From an uncultured Acetobacteraceae bacterium (GTDB lineage: Bacteria; Pseudomonadota; Alphaproteobacteria; Acetobacterales; Acetobacteraceae), in NCBI GenBank assembly GCA_964252625.1, contig CAXUOA010000006.1, positions 1-32,060 on the forward strand: a stretch of DNA of 32,060 nucleotides. Direction: 5' to 3'. A program made the position numbers and the translations under genes. Shown one piece after another: positions 8,707-17,480 of this stretch. The notes beneath the pieces are model-generated. The model had not been told where the DNA came from and did not search any database. It was given only the letters and a program-made list of their open reading frames with translations. The first letter of the stretch is position 1. Each line of letters opens with the position of its first letter.

Positions 8707-8846
8707 TTGCTTAACGATGGCGGTTTGAGCGAACGACTTCCTCACTGCTTCCGACAGTCTTTTTCTGGTTTGCAGATTAGCGGAGTTCGCTGTTCGGCGA
8801 AACGTGCAGGCGGCATGCCGCCATTTGCTTGTAGATCGGAGAAAGA

Positions 8847-9092
8847 ATGGGTGACGAGGAGCTGACGCCACTGGACGTATTGCTACGGGCGATGCGGCAG
8901 CGATGGCACGAAGGCAAGACGGACGAGGCGGTGGCGCTTGCAAAAGCAGCTGCGCCCTTCATGCATGCGAAGCCAGCGAGCAGCCGGGGGGCAGGCTCGC
9001 TGAGCGGTTTGGGGGGCGACAGGCTGGATGACCTCTGCGCAGCAGCCTTTTACCGAGAGCCGGCTGAAGAGGCAGGTTCGGACGAGTCTTGA
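8847..9092 (+). CDS. putative terminase small subunit (short)
   Basis: RBS GGAGA. LTPLDVLLRAMR...A.ALAKAAAPFMHAK is a motif common in small phage proteins preceding TerL. Overlaps the terL ORF. Confidence 0.6.
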   Translation: MGDEELTPLDVLLRAMRQRWHEGKTDEAVALAKAAAPFMHAKPASSRGAGSLSGLGGDRLDDLCAAAFYREPAEEAGSDES

Positions 9093-10419
9093 AGGCTGGT
9101 CTCGCGTAGCGGTGCGGGGAGCCGGGCAGGCCCCTGCCAAGCACCATTTGCGCATGATTGCCATGTTGGAGGAAGTCGAGCGCGGCAAAATACGGCAGTT
9201 GATGCTGCTGCTGCCACCTGGGTCTGCGAAAAGCACTTACGCAAGCAAGGTGTTTCCGGCCTGGTGGCTGATACGCAACCCGCAGCACTCGGTCATAATG
9301 GCTTGCCACACGGCGCGTCTGGCCGAACATTTCGGGCGCGGCGTGCGGGGGTTGCTGGAGGAACATAACGACTACTTGGACGTGCGTGTAAGCCCCGATG
9401 CGCGCGCGGCCGCGCGGTTTGCGACCGACCAAGGCGGCGAGTTCTTCGGCATCGGCGTGCATGGGGCGGTGACGGGACGGCGCGCTGACCTGGCGATCAT
9501 CGACGACCCGATCAGGAGTTTTGCCGACGCCGAGAGTTTTACGGCGCGCGAGCATCTCTGGGAGTGGTTCCGCTCCGATCTTGTGACGCGGATGAAACCA
9601 CGTGGGCGCATGGTGCTGGTCATGACGCGCTGGCACTCCGATGACCTGGCCGGGCGATTGATCGAGAAGGGTGGGTGGACAGTTCTGCGTTTGCCGGCAC
9701 TGGCCGAGTCTGGCGATCCAATGGGGCGTGCGCCGGGCGAAGCTCTCTGGCCGGCCTGGGAAGACCGGGCCGCTATAGAGGAAAAGCGGGGATTGCTGGG
9801 CGAGCGACAGTTTGCCGCGCTGTTTCAGCAGGCCCCTATGCTGGCTGGCGGTACGCTGTTCGATGCGCGTGCGATGCGCCTGGTGGATGCGGTGCCGGAC
9901 GGCGTTGCCGTGCGGGGCTGGGATCTTGCTGGGACAGCGGATACCTCCGGAGACCCGGATTGGACCGTTGGCGTGAAATTGGTTCGCGACGCCACGGGCG
10001 CCATCTTTGTTGATGACGTGGTTCGGTTCCGTGCGGTTTCGGCCGATGTGGCTGACCGCATCCGGGCGGTGGCTGCGGCGGACGGAAATGCGGTCTCAAT
10101 CGGATTGCCGCAGGATCCGGGTCAGGCGGGCAAGAGCCAGATCATGTTTCTTACGCAGATCCTGGCGGGGTTCCGGGTTGTGGCTTCTCCGGAGACGGGA
10201 TCGAAGGAATTGCGGGCGGTGCCCGTTGCGTCCCAGGTTTCGAATGGTGCGATAGCGATGCGGCGGGCCGCCTGGAACACGGTGTTCCTCGACGAACTGG
10301 CGAATTTTCCGCATGGCCGGAAGGATGATCAGGTGGATGCGCTCGCACGGGCGTTTACCATGTTGCTTGGTGCGAGCGCGCCCGCGCGTTTTACGCGGTC
10401 CTCTTTTTCAGTGCGGTGA
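9028..10419 (+). CDS. terL: terminase large subunit
   Basis: Walker A LLLPPGSAKSTY, Walker B LAIIDDP, motif C VLVMTRWH, nuclease GWDLA and FPHGRKDDQVDA. Alternative start ATG 9154. Confidence 0.95.
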   Translation: MTSAQQPFTESRLKRQVRTSLEGWSRVAVRGAGQAPAKHHLRMIAMLEEVERGKIRQLMLLLPPGSAKSTYASKVFPAWWLIRNPQHSVIMACHTARLAEHFGRGVRGLLEEHNDYLDVRVSPDARAAARFATDQGGEFFGIGVHGAVTGRRADLAIIDDPIRSFADAESFTAREHLWEWFRSDLVTRMKPRGRMVLVMTRWHSDDLAGRLIEKGGWTVLRLPALAESGDPMGRAPGEALWPAWEDRAAIEEKRGLLGERQFAALFQQAPMLAGGTLFDARAMRLVDAVPDGVAVRGWDLAGTADTSGDPDWTVGVKLVRDATGAIFVDDVVRFRAVSADVADRIRAVAAADGNAVSIGLPQDPGQAGKSQIMFLTQILAGFRVVASPETGSKELRAVPVASQVSNGAIAMRRAAWNTVFLDELANFPHGRKDDQVDALARAFTMLLGASAPARFTRSSFSVR

Positions 10420-10511
10420 CGTCGGAGGCTTCCAGTTGAAGGCTCTGGTGTGCCGAATGACGTGACAGCTTCTGCAAGCAGGTTAGTGCAACGAAGTGAT
10501 GGGGGTGGGGA

Positions 10512-11921
10512 TTGTACCGTACAATTTGCGATCTGCTGCCTGACGACGCCGAGTATTCCGAGCGCACGCGGCAGCTCTCCATCTATCAGAAGATGCTTGA
10601 CGGCAGTTTCTATGATGTGCTGCCTTATGAGTTTCACGAGGAGCGCAGCGCGGCGGGAGAGTATATCCCGTTGCGGCAACGTCGGCCGTCGGTTCGCTAC
10701 GGGCTTGCACGGCTTGTGGTGGAGGACAGCGTAGCCCTGCTGTTCAGTGAAGGGCATTTTCCGGCGTTCGACTCGCCGGACCCGGCGGTGCGAGACGTGC
10801 TGACTGCGATCGTCCGCGAGACGCGTCTGAATACGATCATGGTCGAGGCTGGACTTCGCGGGTCCATCGGGTCGGTCGCCTTGTTGCTGCGGGTGCTGCG
10901 CGGGCGGGTGTTCGTCGATGTGCTGGACACACCCTATCTTTGGCCGCAATGGGCGGCGGATGAGCCTGACACGCTCTGCCGTGTGATTGAACGATACAAG
11001 GTGCGTGGCGCTGATTTGATTGCCCAGGGGTATGCCTTACCGGATAGCGGGGCCACGTACTGGTTCCAGCGCGTCTGGGACGAGGAGTACGAGCGCTGGT
11101 ATGAGCCTTTGGCGGTGGGAAATGCAGGACCGCCGATCGAGGATGCGGCACGCAGCGTGCGGCACGGTTTGGGTTTCGTGCCGCTGATCTGGGTGAAGAA
11201 CTTGCCGGGCGGCCCGGGCGTGGATGGTGCTTGCACGTTCCGTTGTGCAATCGACACGAGTATTGAGATCGACTACCAGTTGAGCCAGGCGGGACGCGGG
11301 CTGAAATACAGTTCCGATCCGACGCTGTTGATACGGGAACCGGCGGGCTTCGACGGTAACATGGTGCGGGGTGCCGCGAACGCGCTGGTGGTAAGCGAGA
11401 AGGGCGACGCCAAACTTCTGGAAATCGGAGGCACAGCAAGCCAGGCGGTCATTGATTACGTCAGGATATTGCGTGAGCTGGCTTTGGAAAGCCTGCACGG
11501 GAACCGGGCCGAGGCTAGCCGGCTGAGTGCGCCGGCGAGTGGGCGCGCGTTGCAGCTGATGAACCAGGGATTGCTTTGGCTGGCGGACAACCTTCGCGTC
11601 AGCTACGGCGAGTGCGCGCTCGTGTCCCTTGCGAAAATGATACTTGCAGCCAGCCAGGTCTATGCCTTGCGGGTGGAAGGTCGCGTGGTGCCGAAGCTGC
11701 CAGCGACCGCGCCGGTGAGCTTGCGCTGGCCGGATTGGTACCCGGATGATGCGCTCGACGGGCAGAGGACGGCGGAGACGCTGATCTCGCTGGTTGCGGC
11801 CGGACAGATGTCTCGCGAGACGGCGATGCGGGTGCTGGCCGCGAGCTACGACATCGAGGATGTGGCGGCCGAGGTGGCGCGCATCGAAGCCGAACAACTG
11901 AAAGCCGAGGGGGCAGGATGA
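10512..11921 (+). CDS. portal protein (SPP1-like)
   Basis: Follows terL; 469 aa. HGLGFVPLIWVKN, SGRALQL and C-terminal MSRETAM...DVAAEVARIEAE are portal hallmarks. TTG start. Confidence 0.88.
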   Translation: MYRTICDLLPDDAEYSERTRQLSIYQKMLDGSFYDVLPYEFHEERSAAGEYIPLRQRRPSVRYGLARLVVEDSVALLFSEGHFPAFDSPDPAVRDVLTAIVRETRLNTIMVEAGLRGSIGSVALLLRVLRGRVFVDVLDTPYLWPQWAADEPDTLCRVIERYKVRGADLIAQGYALPDSGATYWFQRVWDEEYERWYEPLAVGNAGPPIEDAARSVRHGLGFVPLIWVKNLPGGPGVDGACTFRCAIDTSIEIDYQLSQAGRGLKYSSDPTLLIREPAGFDGNMVRGAANALVVSEKGDAKLLEIGGTASQAVIDYVRILRELALESLHGNRAEASRLSAPASGRALQLMNQGLLWLADNLRVSYGECALVSLAKMILAASQVYALRVEGRVVPKLPATAPVSLRWPDWYPDDALDGQRTAETLISLVAAGQMSRETAMRVLAASYDIEDVAAEVARIEAEQLKAEGAG

Positions 11922-12322
11922 ACGAAGCCGAACCAGGTTCGAGCGGAGAGGACGACGCATTTCGGGCGTTGAAGGCGCACGCCGATGCGCTGGAGCGGCA
12001 ATTGCACGAATCGGAAGCGCGGTCGGTCATGCAGCTTCGGCAGGCCGAGCTGCGGGCCGAGGCGATGCGGGCGGGAATCGTCGATATCGACGGCTTGCGC
12101 CTGCTTGATCCGGAGTCTCTGGCGGGTGGGCGTGAGGCGGCGCCTGCCGCCAGTGAGGTGATCGGCAAGCTGCGGCGCGACAAGCCGTGGCTGTTCGGTG
12201 CGTCCCATTCGAGCAGCGGCGGGACGGCACCATCGGCCGCGCCGGTCCGCAGGCGGTTGGCGACCGACATGACGATCGAGGAATGGCGGGCTGCGCGGGC
12301 GGAGTTGCTGCGGCGGCGGTGA
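11918..12322 (+). CDS. capsid scaffolding protein
   Basis: Coiled-coil N-terminus, LRRDKPWLFG motif, C-terminal DMTIEEWRAARAEL helix. Lies between portal and capsid. Confidence 0.8.
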   Translation: MNEAEPGSSGEDDAFRALKAHADALERQLHESEARSVMQLRQAELRAEAMRAGIVDIDGLRLLDPESLAGGREAAPAASEVIGKLRRDKPWLFGASHSSSGGTAPSAAPVRRRLATDMTIEEWRAARAELLRRR

Positions 12323-12355
12323 CGCTGAACTAAGCTGGTTTCAAGGCGTATTTCG

Positions 12356-12379
12356 GGGGGCATGGCCCCCTTTTCTTTT
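12356..12379 (+). terminator. terminator-like hairpin immediately before the capsid gene
   Basis: GGGGGC-ATG-GCCCCC followed by TTTTCTTTT. Confidence 0.5.
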
Positions 12380-12390
12380 GGGGGCACTGA

Positions 12391-13719
12391 ATGAGCATTT
12401 CGAATTTCCCGGCGGCGCTGCAGCCCATCATCCAGCAGGGTTTTCTGGAGCGCGAGTTCCAGCAGGCCTTGCGCTCGCGCATTGGCTATCGTGCCTGCGC
12501 GGACCGCGAAGACTTCGCCGTTGGCATAGGTGAGACGCTGACGAAGACGCGGGCCGGATTGAAGCCGGCTGTGACGACGCCACTGGCCGCTTCCACCAAC
12601 ACGAACCTGGACAATGGGCTGATACCAAGCTCGTGGAACGTGGAGCAATTCACGCTCACGCTGAACCATTACGCGGCGACCATGGATCTGAACATGGTCA
12701 CGAGCCGGGTGGGCATTGCCAGCCAGTTCCTGCAGAACGCTTACGTGAACGGCGAGCAGGCCGCGCGCAGCCTCGACGACCTGGCGCGCAACGCTTTGTT
12801 CAACGCGTATTTTGCTGGCAACACTCGGGTGCGAACGACGCTGGCGAGCGCCGGGCCGCAGGTGGCCGTGGATGATATACGCGGTCTCCAGGTCGCTTTC
12901 GTGAACGGCGTGCAGCAGAGCGTGACCTCGGGCAACCCGCTTGTGGTGACGATCGGTTCCGACCTCTATACGCTGATCGGCGTGGGCCCCGACTCCACGA
13001 ACGTCTCGACGGCGCCTGGTGGGCAGAGCGGCGTGCTGACGCTGTCCTCCAACGTGACGGTGAGCGACGCGACGGCTGGCAGCACGGTGCAGGCGGCAAC
13101 AAGTTCGCTCATCCTGCGGCCGAACGCACGCACCAACACCGGGCTGCTGACCACGGGCGACACGCTGTCGATGACAAACATCCTCGACGCCGTGGCGGGG
13201 CTCCGGGTGAATGCTGTGCCGGATATCGAGGGCGCCTACAACTGCTATCTCGATCCCATCAGTGCGCGTCAGCTGTTCGCCGACCAGGACTTCCAGCGGC
13301 TGTTCATCGGTTCGACATCGGCCAATGAGATATTCCGGCCGGGACAGGGTGTGATCAATGAGTTTCTGGGTCTGCGCTTCGTGCTGACCACGGAGTCGTT
13401 CCTGCAGCCGCATCCGACGATTGCCGGTGCTATCGTGCGCCGGCCTATCGTGTGCGGACAGGGCGCGCTGATCGAGGGCGACTTTGCCGGGATGGCGGCG
13501 GATGACGTGGCGCCGAAGGACGCGATCGTCTCCCTTGTCGACAACGTCTGCATGGTGACGCGCGAGCCGATCGACAGGCTGCAGCAGATCATCGCGCAGT
13601 CCTGGTATTGGATCGGCGGTTTTTGCGCCCCGTCCGACACGACGACGAATAGCCTTACGGTTCCGACATCGACGAACGCAAACTTCAAGCGGGCGGTGAT
13701 GATCGAACACATGGGCTGA
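12391..13719 (+). CDS. major capsid protein
   Basis: 442 aa after the scaffold. GETLTKTR, QAARSLDDLARN, Y..Y.DP...RQL..D, EPIDRLQQ...SWYWIGGF fit an HK97-fold capsid. Strong codon bias. Confidence 0.88.
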   Translation: MSISNFPAALQPIIQQGFLEREFQQALRSRIGYRACADREDFAVGIGETLTKTRAGLKPAVTTPLAASTNTNLDNGLIPSSWNVEQFTLTLNHYAATMDLNMVTSRVGIASQFLQNAYVNGEQAARSLDDLARNALFNAYFAGNTRVRTTLASAGPQVAVDDIRGLQVAFVNGVQQSVTSGNPLVVTIGSDLYTLIGVGPDSTNVSTAPGGQSGVLTLSSNVTVSDATAGSTVQAATSSLILRPNARTNTGLLTTGDTLSMTNILDAVAGLRVNAVPDIEGAYNCYLDPISARQLFADQDFQRLFIGSTSANEIFRPGQGVINEFLGLRFVLTTESFLQPHPTIAGAIVRRPIVCGQGALIEGDFAGMAADDVAPKDAIVSLVDNVCMVTREPIDRLQQIIAQSWYWIGGFCAPSDTTTNSLTVPTSTNANFKRAVMIEHMG

Positions 13720-13782
13720 GGTCTGTGGTGGTGCGCTGGGGATGGGGGTCTCTATCGCACCACCACAAGCGGCGGAGGACGC

Positions 13783-14157
13783 ATGCTAACGGATCAGCAG
13801 AAGACCGACATACGCCGGTTTTGCGGCTACCCGGCTTATGGAGCCTCTCCGGCCGGGAATATCGGCTGGCGGTTCTACACGGCCTACGGGTTGCTGGAGT
13901 ATCGGATGAACAACCTCTCCGAAGCGGAAATCGCGGTTGTTCTCGGCTATCTGGCTACGCTGACGCAGTTGGAGATGGCTGTGCCGGCATCGAGCCAGAA
14001 CCTCGACAGCGACGCCGCTGCCACGTGGCGGCATAACCGCGACGAGGTGGCAAACCGTGTGCAGCTTTTTGATAGGTGGTGCCGTCGGCTGTGCGCGTTC
14101 TTTGGCGTACCGCCGGGCGAGGGGCTGGGCTTTTCTGGTGTGAGCTGGACCGTGTGA
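13783..14157 (+). CDS. head-tail adaptor (neck) protein
   Basis: RBS GGAGG; 124 aa helical protein directly after the capsid. Synteny-based call. Confidence 0.65.
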   Translation: MLTDQQKTDIRRFCGYPAYGASPAGNIGWRFYTAYGLLEYRMNNLSEAEIAVVLGYLATLTQLEMAVPASSQNLDSDAAATWRHNRDEVANRVQLFDRWCRRLCAFFGVPPGEGLGFSGVSWTV

Positions 14158-14777
14158 TGGACGCAAGCACGCTGCAGGACCGGATAAGCAAGGGAATGGG
14201 CGCGGCGGCACGCAGGGCGGGAAGCCTGTTCAGCCTGTACCGGCCCCCCGGCATCGTGCAGCCGGTAAGTGCGGGTAACCGGATATTGGACCTGCCCGCC
14301 TTGTTTGCACCGTTTGGCAAGCGGCCGGGCGCGGCCTACGGGCAATCGCTTTGGAGCGGCACCTTCGATTCATCCTACACCCAGCCGGGCGATTATCTTG
14401 CGAGTGCATCGGCGACTTACTTCATTGCCAGCCAGCTACCCGGCCTGGACGTGCAATGTGTGCTGACGAACCGCGTGGTCTCCATTGTGCGGCCGACGCC
14501 AGCGATGCAGGGGGGTTACAGCGGATTCTTCTCCACGCCAGGCGAGGTGGTGATTACCGCGTGGCCCGCGTGTCTGCTGGAAAGCGGCGGACATGCCGAG
14601 GGGGGCCGGGTGGGTGAGACAGTCTTCGGCGGCTGGACGCTGTTGCTGCCGACGTTGCCGACGCGTCCGCAGACAGCCGACGTGGTGAGCGACGACATCG
14701 GTGGCGCTTACGTGGTGGGAAGCGCTGAGCAGAGCGTGCTCGGGTGGCGGCTGACGGTGCGCCAAGTAGGTGCTTGA
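14157..14777 (+). CDS. head closure / neck protein
   Basis: TGATG coupling at 14155-14159; beta-rich 206 aa. Synteny-based call. Confidence 0.6.
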   Translation: MDASTLQDRISKGMGAAARRAGSLFSLYRPPGIVQPVSAGNRILDLPALFAPFGKRPGAAYGQSLWSGTFDSSYTQPGDYLASASATYFIASQLPGLDVQCVLTNRVVSIVRPTPAMQGGYSGFFSTPGEVVITAWPACLLESGGHAEGGRVGETVFGGWTLLLPTLPTRPQTADVVSDDIGGAYVVGSAEQSVLGWRLTVRQVGA

Positions 14778-14801
14778 GGTGCGCTCTTAGGAGTTTCCGA
14801 T

Positions 14802-15611
14802 TTGGCCGACTTGTCTGATGTGGAGACTGCGCTAGCGGCGAGCGTAGTGGCGGCAATGTACCCTGCGGGGACTTCGGCCGCGAGTGTGACCGGCGAGCCT
14901 GTGAGAGTGTATCGTGGCTGGCCGCAGACCGGCGCGCTGGATCTGGACTTGGCTGCAGGTATCGTCAATGTCAGCGTCTTTGCAGTCCCGGACGACGCAC
15001 GCAATACGACCCGCTGGGGCGCGGTGACGCAAACCACGCAGGCGATGCCGAGCTTAAGTGTGAAAGTGTTCGGGACCTCGGCGACGTTCAGTGGCACGGG
15101 CGGCGCGGGACAGGTGGCCGGTTTGCTGGTGGACAACCAGCCTTTCGTCTATCGCGGGCAGGCTGGCGACACGCCCGCACTGGTTGCTGCCGTGCTGGCG
15201 CAGGACGTGCGTGCGGTCCGGGCCTGCTGGCTGTCCGGCACAACGGTGAGCGTTCCGGGTGCCATCCGGGTGGCGGCGCGCGTGGTGGCCGATGGCAGTG
15301 CTCTGACCGAATGGGGCCGCCAGGAGCAGGGATTTCGCGTTACCGCCTGGTGTCCGAACCCAGAGATACGCGATGTTGTTTGCAGCGCCATAGGCAATGC
15401 GCTGTCGGCGACGGCTTTTCTGACGCTGGCCGATGGGACAAGCGGGCGTATCCGCTACCGCAACACCGCAAGCATCGACGACGCCCAGAACGCCCAGTTG
15501 TATCGGCGTGACTTGGTCTACGGCGTTGAATACGCCACCAGTATCAAGGCAAGCGCGCCATCCCTGCTGTTCGGCGACGTTCAGGTTGCCGGCGGCGACA
15601 TTTATGGCTGA
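14802..15611 (+). CDS. tail completion / terminator protein
   Basis: RBS AGGAG with TTG start. VRVYRGWP near the N-terminus, YRRDLVYGVEY near the C-terminus. Precedes the sheath. Confidence 0.6.
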   Translation: MADLSDVETALAASVVAAMYPAGTSAASVTGEPVRVYRGWPQTGALDLDLAAGIVNVSVFAVPDDARNTTRWGAVTQTTQAMPSLSVKVFGTSATFSGTGGAGQVAGLLVDNQPFVYRGQAGDTPALVAAVLAQDVRAVRACWLSGTTVSVPGAIRVAARVVADGSALTEWGRQEQGFRVTAWCPNPEIRDVVCSAIGNALSATAFLTLADGTSGRIRYRNTASIDDAQNAQLYRRDLVYGVEYATSIKASAPSLLFGDVQVAGGDIYG

Positions 15612-15622
15612 AGGAGACGGTG

Positions 15623-15787
15623 ATGAAGCGTGTGCTGCTGGTGGTGCGGCCGTTCGGACCATATGCGATCGGCGACCTGATAAGCGAGGCAAGGGACATT
15701 CGCAGAGTGCTCACCGGCGCACACGCGCATGATGTGATACGGGTGGCGGCGCCGATGGCCGCAACCGACAAGCGGGAGGAGACCTGA
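15623..15787 (+). CDS. 54-aa protein before the tail sheath (absent from the ORF track)
   Basis: RBS AGGAG at 15612-15616. MKRVLLVVRPFGPYAIGDLISEARDIRRVLTGAHAHDVIRVAAPMAATDKREET fills the gap exactly; the stop is 3 nt before the sheath ATG. Confidence 0.75.
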   Translation: MKRVLLVVRPFGPYAIGDLISEARDIRRVLTGAHAHDVIRVAAPMAATDKREET

Positions 15788-15790
15788 AGC

Positions 15791-17362
15791 ATGCCTATTT
15801 ATCAACAAGGTTCGCTCGACACCACATCCTTGGTGGTGCCTGATTTGTACGTGCAAATCGTGGCCCCGCAGAACCTGGTGCTGAACGGCGTGCCGACCAA
15901 CGTGATCGGCGTGGTGGGAACGGCGTCCTGGGGACCGGTAAACACGCCCGTGGCGGTGGCGACGATGGCCGATTACGCGACCGGGTTCGGCGCGGTTGTT
16001 GCCCGGAAATACGACATGGGCACTTCCGTGGCGACCGCCGTGCAGCAGGGCGCCTCGGCTTTCCGGTGTGTACGCGTGACGGACGGAACGGATGCCGCGG
16101 CGAGCTACTCGGTAGGTTTGGCTAACGGCACTTATGCCGTGATGCTGAGCGCGCGGTATACCGGCTCGTTGGGCAATTCGGTAAGTGCCACGCTTTCTGC
16201 GGCGTCTGTGCCGGGGCAGTGGCAGCTTACGGTCTCCATGCCGGGACTGGTTCCCGAAACCTACACGAACCTGGTAGGTTCGACTCCGGCGGCGTTCTGG
16301 CAGGCGCTCGTCAATGCAGTCAACCTTGGCAATGGGCCGCTGCGCGGCCCGTCGCAGATCATCGTCGCCTCGCTCGGCACGGCCACGGCGACGGCGCCCG
16401 CAGCGTTCGGTCCGCAAGGATTGGCGGGCGGCAGCGATGGTGCCAGCGGTGTCACGACAGCAATGATCGTGGGCCAGGACAGCGTGCCGCGCACCGGCAT
16501 GTACGCGCTGCGATCCCAGGGCTGCGGCATCGGTGTGCTGGCTGACGTCGATGACGCGACACAATGGACGACGGAGGCGGCGTTCGGGCTGTCCGAAGGC
16601 GTGTATATGATCATGACCGGTCCGCTCGGGCAAAACATTGCCGGCGCGGTGACGCTGAAGCAGCAAGCCGGCCTGAATTCTTATACGGCCAAGCTGATGT
16701 TCGGTGACTGGGTGTTCTGGAACGACCAGACGAACGGGCTGACACGAATGGTGTCGCCGCAGGGTTTTGTGGCGGGACGGCTCGCAAATCTGTCGCCGGA
16801 ACAGTCCAGCCTGAACAAGCCGCTATACAGCGTGGTGGGCACGCAGCGGTCCGGCCTGCCGGGTAGCGGCCAGACATCGACTTACAGTGACGCCGAGTTG
16901 ACGGTGCTGTTCGAGAACGGGATCGACGTGATTGCCAATCCGCAGCCGGGCGGGGCGTATTGGGGTGTGCGGTGCGGGCACAACACGTCGTCCAACGCGG
17001 CGACAAATGGCGATAACTACTCGCGGCTGACGAACTACGTCGCGGCGACGCTCGCGGCAGGCATGGGCCAGTTTGTTGGCCAGGTGATCAATGCGGGGTT
17101 GTTCCGGCAGATACGCGCGACGCAGCTGAGCTTCTTGCAGACATTGTACTCACAAGGCGTGCTTGGAAGCGTGGACGGGTCCGTGCCGTTCACGGTGATC
17201 TGCGACGCGAGCAACAACCCGCAGAGCCGGATCAACCTGGGCTTCGTGCAGAGCGATGCGCAGGTGCAGTTCCAGAGCATCAACGAGAAGTTCGTGGTCA
17301 ACGTGGAGGGTGGCCAGACGGTGGCCATCCAGAGGCAGGTCCTACCTGGGGGCACGGCCTAG
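15791..17362 (+). CDS. contractile tail sheath protein
   Basis: VPDLYVQIV, GVVGTASWGPVNTPV, LAGGSDG, SPEQSSLNKPL, VICDASNNP..RI..G, EKFVVN are sheath motifs. Confidence 0.93.
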   Translation: MPIYQQGSLDTTSLVVPDLYVQIVAPQNLVLNGVPTNVIGVVGTASWGPVNTPVAVATMADYATGFGAVVARKYDMGTSVATAVQQGASAFRCVRVTDGTDAAASYSVGLANGTYAVMLSARYTGSLGNSVSATLSAASVPGQWQLTVSMPGLVPETYTNLVGSTPAAFWQALVNAVNLGNGPLRGPSQIIVASLGTATATAPAAFGPQGLAGGSDGASGVTTAMIVGQDSVPRTGMYALRSQGCGIGVLADVDDATQWTTEAAFGLSEGVYMIMTGPLGQNIAGAVTLKQQAGLNSYTAKLMFGDWVFWNDQTNGLTRMVSPQGFVAGRLANLSPEQSSLNKPLYSVVGTQRSGLPGSGQTSTYSDAELTVLFENGIDVIANPQPGGAYWGVRCGHNTSSNAATNGDNYSRLTNYVAATLAAGMGQFVGQVINAGLFRQIRATQLSFLQTLYSQGVLGSVDGSVPFTVICDASNNPQSRINLGFVQSDAQVQFQSINEKFVVNVEGGQTVAIQRQVLPGGTA

Positions 17363-17400
17363 ATATTTGCCGGGTGCCGGTGGTTCGAGGACCGCCGGTT

Positions 17401-17453
17401 GGGCGCAAAAATCTCTTGCTTCTTTTCTCCGGGATAGAAGGCCTGGCTTTCTT
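17401..17453 (-). repeat. single degenerate arm of family A repeat between sheath and tube
   Basis: Reverse complement AAGAAAGCCAGGCCTTCTATCCCGGAGAAAAGAAGCAAGAGATTTTTGCGCCC matches 10-62 at 40 of 53 ungapped positions (counted by hand). Confidence 0.75.
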
Positions 17454-17480
17454 CGGATATCTGGTTTGGGGGAACACTGA

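Noticed and set aside
8700-8725. CtrA box at the late promoter
   Set aside because: Only one TTAAC half-site (8711-8715); no TTAA-N7-TTAA.
6692-8846. Ordinary intact temperate prophage
   Set aside because: No integrase, att duplication, tRNA or replication genes at the left boundary. Not fully excluded, because sequence beyond 32060 is unseen.
8348-8865. ORFs in the late leader
   Set aside because: Atypical composition, weak starts, and partly translated from the decayed repeat.
11599-13710. 703-aa minus-strand ORF
   Set aside because: Antisense shadow of the portal, scaffold and capsid genes; Arg/His-rich with no motifs.
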